Positions 58,201-64,000 of a DNA stretch of 64,000 nucleotides are shown here, piece after piece. The notes under the pieces were generated by a model. That model saw only the letters and a list, made by a program, of their open reading frames with translations. It searched no databases and was not told where the DNA came from. The position numbers and the translations under genes are program-made. The stretch's first letter is position 1. The number at the start of each line of letters is the position of its first letter. The stretch is from an uncultured Clostridia bacterium. GTDB lineage: Bacteria > Bacillota > Clostridia > Christensenellales > UBA1242. The DNA is taken from positions 30,524-94,523 of the forward strand of contig CALWOU010000001.1 of assembly GCA_944383245.1 (NCBI GenBank), read 5' to 3'.

Positions 58201-61200
58201 CTCGTCTCCTGCGTGAAGATTAATAATTGTGTTGCCACCATTAATTGTTCCGCTTGACATTTGACCTATTAAGCCACCAGCATAATTTATCTGACCAAAT
58301 TTTGCGTGCCATTCAACATTTGGGTTATCATCTGAATCAATTGTGATCGTTCCGCCACTCATTCTGCCCGCTATTAGGCCCGCACTATTTGCTGAATCTA
58401 ACTCAAACGATGCAGTTTCTTCATCTGGCACAATTGTTGAGAAGTTTGTAATAGTTATATCTCCTGAAATAATTTCGCCGAATAATGCACCGATATAGTT
58501 GCCATTATCTGCTGTATTTTCCACTCCAAGACCTGTTATTTGGCTAATTTTCTCACGATTTTCAGCAACAAAACTAATATTTGCAACTGTGATTGAATTG
58601 TTTTGAGTTGGATCAATATTCTCTAGGTTAGTTGAATTAACTGTAACACCTAACGCACCGCTATTTTCTAAGTTGAGGAAATTTCCAAGTTTAATGTAGC
58701 CAATATATGCGTTATTTATATTAGTTAGTAAGCCATTGTGAGAAAGGTTTGTGATAGTTACAGCATCATCCAAACTTTCACTTTCGCTAGTTAAACCAGT
58801 GAATTTAAAGTTTTTATTAGATATTAATAGTCCATTAAATTTGTTTTGACCAGCGACATTATAATATAAATCAGAATCTCCAAAATTAGTATCTCTACCT
58901 ATTGCATTCCAATTTGTTGTGATATTTTGGTTATTGTTTATTCCGTCTAAATCATAGATAATCATATAATTTAGGCAGGTTGAAACAAATTCGCTCTCAA
59001 GAGTTGAATCATATGCATTTTTATTTACCCTAGTCAATCCTTGAATACTTGACAACACTCCTAAATGAGGAATTTTAAACACGTTATTCATTATTGAAGT
59101 ATCGGTTGCGCCGTTTGAGAAGTTGTTGATATCTAATTTAACATTTAAGTTTGCATCCTTGTTATCATCGTCCATATCACTTGTGATAGAACCCGTGCCT
59201 GTATACAATTGATGTGCTAAAGAATTTACCGTCCATTCGTTTTCAGTGGTGGTTGTAGACATCAATTTATTATCTCTTAGGATTGGATAGTTATAGTTGT
59301 AGCCATAAGTTTCAGCATATGGATTGATATAATAATTTACCACACCGTTGTTTGTTACAGAGTTGATAACAGTGTACCAATTTCCGTCCAAGAAAGGTTC
59401 GTTATCCTCATTTGTAACCTTCATAATATTTAAAGTGTCTGTTGCAACTAAACTTCCATTATTAATACCAATTGAATCATTCGATTCTATATTTGCAAGG
59501 CTATCGATGTAGTTCTTACTACCCACAAAACCTGTAGCAGATGCGTTAGAATCTAATTGATAATAATAACTATTTCCTCCCTCAGAAATATTTTCAACAA
59601 CACCCGCCATATAAGTGTTATAAACATATCCGTCTTCAACATAACCTATCATACCTGCTGCAGGATACTCATTATTGATATAACCTGTGAAATACGCATT
59701 TTGCAAGTTTCCATTGTTGTGCGCGATAAGTCCAGAAGTAAGTCCTGCACTTGTTAATAATATTTCGGCAGATGAATAGATATTTGAAGCAAAGCCTGAA
59801 TTTCTACCTATTATTAATCCTAAATCGCTTGATCTGCCTACTTCAATATTCAAGCCAACGCCTTGAACTGATAAGTTGTATGCAACACCTGAGTTTTGAC
59901 CAATAATTAAGCCAATTACATCATCATTGGAATTTAATATTACGTTTGTTGTGTCTGCCCCGCTTGTTAAATTGATATGAATATTTGATATCGCACTCTT
60001 ATCGTTTACGTTTGCAAATATACCTGTGTACGAATCCATCGTTGATAAATTTGAAGCGTTTAGTTGATAATCGTTTTCACGATCACCGCCAATAATAAAT
60101 CCGTTAATCTCTCCGTTATTATAACCATTGATTGCTTGAAGAGTTGTTACATTTGAACTAATCAAGTAATATGCGTAAGTGCTTGATATTAAATCGTATG
60201 AAGAGTTATTGTTTTCTATTACATATGGATTTAAAATGCTTCCTTGATTATACTGATATCCACTAGGCCCTGGCTTCAAAACAGAATGATTGATTAACAT
60301 CTGTTGCAAACTTGTGATATATGGCACTTTTGAACCAAGTTCAGACCATAGGTTAATCTCTTGATTACTTACGAAATTTCCGTTGTAATTATTCGTTGCG
60401 TTAACTAAAGTGTAAACCGGAATATTATATCCAACATTATCGTTTTGTGTTGTTAATGCTAAATCTGAAGAATAGTAAACATCTGTAATTGTGTTAGTGT
60501 TATTCTCGCCACCTCCCACAAAACCATACAACGCGCCCGAACTTACATAAGGTAAACTATTTCCAACAAGGTTATTTAAGAATATGCTAACTAGAGATAT
60601 AACTCTATTTAATTCTATCCTAGCGCTTGAACCCATTAATCCGCCTAAACGAATTACAGAACTACCAGCAATATAACCCGCGTTTTTAGGATAAATTCTT
60701 CCGACTGCAATTGAATCGGTGATTATAGCACTGTTTGCCGAACCAACAATTCCGCCAGCATATATTATATTAGTTGATTGTGAACCAATTTGTGCTTCTT
60801 CAACATATGCCATACTTTCACTTATAGAAACTGATGAACTTTGGTCTGCATTAGCAACAATTCCGCCATAGTAAATTGCAGATATGCTGTTTTCAGCGCC
60901 AAATGTGTTTACATTTCCTCTAAATAGATTTTGTTCTATATTCACTGTTGAAGTGTTCGCCTCAATATATCCCACTCCAAGCGAAACGTTTGCTAGCGTG
61001 CTAACACTCATTTCGCTTAAGTTAATATCTGCTGTTACTCCATTTAATCTAATAGGAGAATTAGACATAGCTCCACTTTGGTTAAAATATCCAATCAAAC
61101 CAGCAACATTTATATTGCTTCCAGCTGTTCCTGAAAGCTCTGATTGTGAACCTACTAGGCTTACATCTGCCAAAATTGTTGATGAAGATATACTAGAATC

Positions 61201-64000
61201 TACACTATAACCTATTGCGCCACCAACAGACATATACACATTCGCATTGATATTATTTGAATTTACAGTTATATCAACCTTTTGCGAGCTTAGATTTACA
61301 TCCAAATTTCCAAGACGAGCTGATGAAATTGACGCATTAGACGCATATCCCACTAGTCCGCCAACATACATAGGTTGACTTACATTGTCGTCAGCGGTTA
61401 ATGTAAATGATATTGTGCCATCGTCGTTTGATGTTGGACCAACATATGAAGATAAAATTGTCATATTTGAAGTGTAACCATTTTCATTTTCGCCAGTTTC
61501 TAAATCTCCACCACTTCCAATACTACGTACTGCACTTCCAACTAGTCCTCCGAACATAATTGCATCGCCCGTGTCATCCACAGTTGCGTTAACGTTACCA
61601 ACAAATGAACAACTTAAAATATTGCTATCTGTTGCGTATCCTACAATTCCACCAAAACCAGAAATTGAATTATTAGCATTTTGAATCATATATGGAATTT
61701 CGTCCGTCTCTTGATTAGATACACTTACACTTAAATTTGTGAATAATGAACCGGTATCTCTTGCTGAAACTCCGCCAAACATTTGAACGGTTGTGTTAAT
61801 TTGAACGGCTGATGGAACACTTATTGAATTTCTGCCCGTGTATGCTCCATTCCACTTAAAATTAATATTTCTAATTGTTGAATTTTCGGTTGATCTAAAG
61901 AAACCTGAATTCTCATTTCTAACTGTGTTGATAAACAATCCATACAATCTTGGAGTGCCTCCATTTGGCAACTCACCAACTAACACACCTGTGAAGTCAA
62001 CAGGTAGAACATAGTTGCTACCTTGTGCATTGCACCAATCGGACATATTAATGTCGTCAATAATTTTGAAATATCCGTCTGGATTATTAATAATCTCTTC
62101 AAAATCGCTTGCACTATCAATTTCAATATAGTTGCTTGCACCTTTATCTAACAATAATGGATAGTATTTTGTTGGGTCAAGTGTCCAATACTCTTCGCTC
62201 CAACCTGAGAACACTTCATAGAATATTGTCGCTTGCTCATTATTATCACCATAAATATCAAACAAGTCATCAAGGTCAATATTGTTTGAAGAATTTGATA
62301 AACTATTTTCTATTATATTTTGTTCGTTTAAATCAACAGTATATTCAACAAGTCCAGAGTAGACGTATGCAAGTGTTGAACTGTTTTCTGAAGTGATATA
62401 TTGTACATTGCTTGTATCTTCTAAATAGTCTGCTGAAATGTAATCAAATGTTACGTCGTCACCAAATTCACTTATCTTGCTATCATCTAAAAGCAAGGTT
62501 GAGAATGTGAAGCGAACATCGGTGTTTTGACTAGAAATATTCATTAATCGTTGTGCGATTGCTTCGTATTGCATATCATTTCGTGAAATGTGTGATCCAA
62601 TCTTTCCAACACCGTAAGCCGAACCCACTAAACCAGCAACATCGCTATACATATCTATGTTGTAGTCTAAATTGATATATGGAACAGCATAAGAATACAC
62701 AATTCTTGATGAATAACTTGAACCTATCAATCCTCCTACAACTTCGCCTGTTTTAATGCTTGCTTTGCTGTAAACTGAATTATAGTTTCCGCCAATGCTA
62801 AGACCAACAAGACCGCCGACATAGCCATAACCTTCTAGTAAATTTTGATTTCCATATTCGCCGTCTAATGTTGCCTCGCCGTTACGTAAATCGGTTACGT
62901 ATTTACCGAATGCGGTGTCGTAATCATACTGAGTTTCTTCTGGTGCGCTCACTTGAGAAGCAGTAATATCACCCATAGAAACTGCGAACAAACCGCCTGT
63001 TGCTTTTTGACCAAGAATTAGGTTTGTTGAGCCAACAATAAATTTAACGCGCAACGCATCTGTTTCGTCATTGATGTAGCCTGCAACACCACCAGCATAG
63101 TCTGCTTGTATGTTTCCGTTGTTGTTTGACCTATCATACATTTCAGTGCCTAACACATTGATATATGAGAAGTTAAATTCAACATTTTCTCTTTCAGTTA
63201 TGTCAACTACACCTGCAATACCGCCAGCATAAGATAATGTTCTAACATAATCATCATAATTGCCATAACTTAATATGCCAATATTTTTCATTGTGTTGAA
63301 GTCGGCTTCGTTGTAGTACAAATAGTAACTAGAATCAGTGTTAACCGCTCTAACACTTAGGTTCGAATCTATGCCATAAATTAAACTTGAACCTGTGATT
63401 CTACCAGCAAGTCCGCCTGCAAAGTTTTTGCCAGCAATAGTTGTGCTAGATCCGTCCAAACTTATGTTAATAATTGCCGAATTGTTTATTCTACCAGCAA
63501 GTCCACCCGAATTTTGAACGCTTACCGAACTGAATTGGTCATCTGTTTGACTTGTTGACACAAAGTTCAAATTCAAGTTTTTAATGTATGCATTTTCAAC
63601 GCGCGCAAATAGACCGATATCTACCGCACTTGTTGCATCCAAAACATCTAGGTAGATTCCGCTTATAGTCATTCCGTTACCTTCAATGCTTGTAACTGCT
63701 CTATTATTAACGTCGCCAAGTGTGAAGTTAACCCTAGTTTGAATGGCGCGAGAATCTGAAGCAAAGTCAATGTTATCGACAAATCTCACATAACCTGTCA
63801 TACTGCGGTTAGTTTCGGTTGAATTTTGAGTCATTATCTCGTTAAATTCGTCCACATTTCTAATTATGTGTGGATTATTTGCGCTTCCTGGCTCATAATT
63901 TACCGCGTTGGTGTAATTATAAACGACATAATCTTCTTCATCAGTTGTGCCAATGAAATACCTGTAACTATGTGCGACTAAGTTTGCATTTGTTAATTCT
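52267..64000 (-). CDS. Giant GLUG-repeat surface protein, N-terminus beyond the window (at least 3,911 codons in-window)
   Basis: The track lists 52267..63855 from a GTG. My in-frame translation of 63856..63999 (..ELTNANLVAHSYRYFIGTTDEEDYVVYNYTNAVNYEPGSANNPHIIRN-VDEF..) has no stop. At least 45 repeats of type [VFA]GG[LIVA][LIVA]G (VGGLVGYASNA, AGGLIGQMSSG, VGGVIGNMDKG..). Double TM at 54160..54309. Confidence 0.85.
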   Translation of the reverse strand, partial: ELTNANLVAHSYRYFIGTTDEEDYVVYNYTNAVNYEPGSANNPHIIRNVDEFNEIMTQNSTETNRSMTGYVRFVDNIDFASDSRAIQTRVNFTLGDVNNRAVTSIEGNGMTISGIYLDVLDATSAVDIGLFARVENAYIKNLNLNFVSTSQTDDQFSSVSVQNSGGLAGRINNSAIINISLDGSSTTIAGKNFAGGLAGRITGSSLIYGIDSNLSVRAVNTDSSYYLYYNEADFNTMKNIGILSYGNYDDYVRTLSYAGGIAGVVDITERENVEFNFSYINVLGTEMYDRSNNNGNIQADYAGGVAGYINDETDALRVKFIVGSTNLILGQKATGGLFAVSMGDITASQVSAPEETQYDYDTAFGKYVTDLRNGEATLDGEYGNQNLLEGYGYVGGLVGLSIGGNYNSVYSKASIKTGEVVGGLIGSSYSSRIVYSYAVPYINLDYNIDMYSDVAGLVGSAYGVGKIGSHISRNDMQYEAIAQRLMNISSQNTDVRFTFSTLLLDDSKISEFGDDVTFDYISADYLEDTSNVQYITSENSSTLAYVYSGLVEYTVDLNEQNIIENSLSNSSNNIDLDDLFDIYGDNNEQATIFYEVFSGWSEEYWTLDPTKYYPLLLDKGASNYIEIDSASDFEEIINNPDGYFKIIDDINMSDWCNAQGSNYVLPVDFTGVLVGELPNGGTPRLYGLFINTVRNENSGFFRSTENSTIRNINFKWNGAYTGRNSISVPSAVQINTTVQMFGGVSARDTGSLFTNLSVSVSNQETDEIPYMIQNANNSISGFGGIVGYATDSNILSCSFVGNVNATVDDTGDAIMFGGLVGSAVRSIGSGGDLETGENENGYTSNMTILSSYVGPTSNDDGTISFTLTADDNVSQPMYVGGLVGYASNASISSARLGNLDVNLSSQKVDITVNSNNINANVYMSVGGAIGYSVDSSISSSTILADVSLVGSQSELSGTAGSNINVAGLIGYFNQSGAMSNSPIRLNGVTADINLSEMSVSTLANVSLGVGYIEANTSTVNIEQNLFRGNVNTFGAENSISAIYYGGIVANADQSSSVSISESMAYVEEAQIGSQSTNIIYAGGIVGSANSAIITDSIAVGRIYPKNAGYIAGSSVIRLGGLMGSSARIELNRVISLVSIFLNNLVGNSLPYVSSGALYGFVGGGENNTNTITDVYYSSDLALTTQNDNVGYNIPVYTLVNATNNYNGNFVSNQEINLWSELGSKVPYITSLQQMLINHSVLKPGPSGYQYNQGSILNPYVIENNNSSYDLISSTYAYYLISSNVTTLQAINGYNNGEINGFIIGGDRENDYQLNASNLSTMDSYTGIFANVNDKSAISNIHINLTSGADTTNVILNSNDDVIGLIIGQNSGVAYNLSVQGVGLNIEVGRSSDLGLIIGRNSGFASNIYSSAEILLTSAGLTSGLIAHNNGNLQNAYFTGYINNEYPAAGMIGYVEDGYVYNTYMAGVVENISEGGNSYYYQLDSNASATGFVGSKNYIDSLANIESNDSIGINNGSLVATDTLNIMKVTNEDNEPFLDGNWYTVINSVTNNGVVNYYINPYAETYGYNYNYPILRDNKLMSTTTTENEWTVNSLAHQLYTGTGSITSDMDDDNKDANLNVKLDINNFSNGATDTSIMNNVFKIPHLGVLSSIQGLTRVNKNAYDSTLESEFVSTCLNYMIIYDLDGINNNQNITTNWNAIGRDTNFGDSDLYYNVAGQNKFNGLLISNKNFKFTGLTSESESLDDAVTITNLSHNGLLTNINNAYIGYIKLGNFLNLENSGALGVTVNSTNLENIDPTQNNSITVANISFVAENREKISQITGLGVENTADNGNYIGALFGEIISGDITITNFSTIVPDEETASFELDSANSAGLIAGRMSGGTITIDSDDNPNVEWHAKFGQINYAGGLIGQMSSGTINGGNTIINLHAGDEDIAVKMLGGLVGQTIEPTSESTVTSSAGINEVIVSPSISERNILYINSFGGLIGEANGGSVTIENCSIASSEVTNIVAKAQTDEDDNQTIESYFGLLVAKLVKGNVTISGFSHGGNNDEIIIDVEEVLSDESIEENSGYGVLVGKMLNGTIEASLGSEDGNNDSINTKLTVNGYNVGGIIGAYAGGKININNENLGNYEVEITGVTNVGGAIGLVSGNINEIIDFNWNNQDVEAKTYWNFLASDDAYATLTTPQADSDFPLTLQNWGGLFGKFKSSKSSESGESSELFLYSENEDGNTRTMQEIKNKNQININFRTPGEEKLTVSDVKIVNVGGVVGLFEGSVAAKLTNEGRITTSPEYRSWYNSIDDNKDNNIFLYENGGVGSYYGYKSINVGGVIGNIGGVEEDVYLYALKNNSMISGYQNVGGVIGNMDKGYLTSGIPNEINGKDYKTESGIYSDSGNSNYKFDTDQENENVYYDILGNSFGLYTEASSSESNVYGVLNVGGAVGLMTGGTIDSILSQGNVYGNASVGGLVGYVQGGTTIRNSIVGAKDSSSEVKGVYFAQRELIINESTNTASSRWKYYVPTSVGGFIGTLVSSSEVKYNNVLDVLVTSSEEGVQAPSSTDNDTSSTISTISNNMASLMVGDSQENNDYIKTDVPFDYSRIVTNPTDSNQIKKPDFNDIQTGFGGFIGSVNMSALASDVENNASTNNISVDIQAYSGVNVGTFYGYYLYDTTTSGTVGEQVLLPNLLGDVNISGAYNVGGVIGGLGMPETNDTLSNFSNANIKVKSNSESATTEINIQPSSITVGEETTNLAIINGMYVGGLFGKLKGDASVIQILALNTESQDNPVRVGISLSTNNSYYIGGLIGRLEGNLTQETMTSTGQIITNHVDGLIIGGDQDVATNFGGLVGMLKVAKGGTDNRREVTVQGTHNYPFTINTIENSNYADGSSSFSYDDSNSEYINLIAQAYYVNLDTFQISASKTVPKSSPLNNTAINSNVKPTGNDAADMQSGAISGWAKEYTTFRKLQRNIPKEENPNSENSVGWDSIAVVYDAANITKVGTIANLGLSGRDDLAIQPGNDHVTNNIYDDDYIVYTIYEEMEDYPTLYSAIGVATPYTSSEGGYAFPYYDEQETKQWWEAVGDWITGANSNSQTFYIDLNHGNNSQFNGLTYFNWQYGDETRAATPNANNDRKSLSKPFYEIHYGAPTLGGDGQTDIDLAFLVYNVGYYNGEYDLDGPSGYDGVYFIFLTVYNNKTISSDLPDDAIKLPKDGSVFNVNGANTTIAENIFPDPQVDILSIITAILAGLVIILASIPLGGWGLAFIPVWFAAPALGVGIGVLVMSTYNIAVNANMMAKTTYFEKMDQSLGLMSQTYSKRILYNSDGNINFIDENLASYGGMVYVYYSSVRPADYYDNYYLYVDPTITTSTVNVVLNNSLETTSGNAPNRDITITESSDPRTQPGTFEFTENGQTKTGNIYRYYIYHNGAYYKIAAGVEVEYAPTQILADLSELNPGEYILYDNLYYIRGSYTTDNGYTYTPNHGNKLEDRGNGNFYVNGEPWGTGITADLKAYIDNRPVTFYFDETISSNLPQESNGSFTITGGEFGQERTTTYYEGYSYMKNAYYARIGMYGTLKKYAEFTWAGTIQPDGNPGIDYIQGSHSTTDQNGEPMVEYGYYKIEHIQDDPVEGAFEINEIITSSSNSVWVEIYPYSFTNPYETAFTGSAQDSNYYTITATDSSISITQNATYYYYDGGYEMFETEFDGETVKGIYNQILDETYNDLFKVGYKLTFYNSNGGVREINNLTDFKNFLNSSNSSNYYIDDPTDYEPSTLVTDEYQYRVDYNYKVKNNTLYALSSSYSLQNGVLAVSSLVSNEIDEMYNLNKFLTNNEIQLFTRYKYLTDDSQTIDNILQPGLFDGHTFPTSTIGGAYYFTESVSISIGGGTVYLTFVDGLDDEGNPNNEIRDEINTGGIVVLA

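Noticed and set aside
63853-63855. GTG at 63855 as the start of the giant protein
   Set aside because: There is no SD, and the 48 upstream codons to the window edge are in frame and stop-free with similar composition. The true start is outside the window.

Overview
This is an AT-rich, Firmicutes-type chromosomal window that uses the standard genetic code. About 63 of 69 genes lie on the minus strand.

Core content, read along the minus strand from high to low coordinates:
- rplJ-rplL
- murC, rpmE, prmC and prfA
- a complete S10-spc-alpha ribosomal cluster, rpsJ to rplQ. It includes secY, adk, map, a small KOW protein, infA and rpmJ. rpmJ is missing from the ORF track because of its size.
- the str operon rpsL-rpsG-fusA-tuf
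- trpS
- a short glycolytic operon pgk-tpiA-gpmI, then secG and spmAB
- a partial metal-permease-like gene that runs off the left edge and is also missing from the track

Accessory or unusual content:
1. A giant GLUG-repeat surface protein gene is open to the right window edge, giving more than 3,910 codons. It has an internal double-TM segment followed by a 630-aa Tyr/Asn-rich distal domain. A 1,082-aa paralog also lies in the window.
2. A split HipA-like kinase module has the kinase gene first and a HipA-N-subdomain-like (HipS-like) gene overlapping it downstream. No HipB is visible. Duplicated promoter/operator repeats and a leaderless-type start lie upstream.
3. Two stand-alone Spo0A C-terminal-domain-like proteins are encoded by a convergent gene pair that overlaps at the 3' ends.
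4. An ArsR-family regulator is divergent from a 60-aa poly-Asn membrane peptide, with an inverted-repeat operator candidate between them.
5. Several spacers inside r-protein operons are unusually long and structured: rpsL-rpsG, infA-rpmJ-rpsM and the S10 leader.
6. Long intergenic arrays carry helically phased A/T tracts, and one of them contains an isolated GC-rich hairpin island.

I saw no rRNA, tRNA, CRISPR array or transposase. All family assignments come from reading the translated sequences by eye and recalling motifs. No database search was run.
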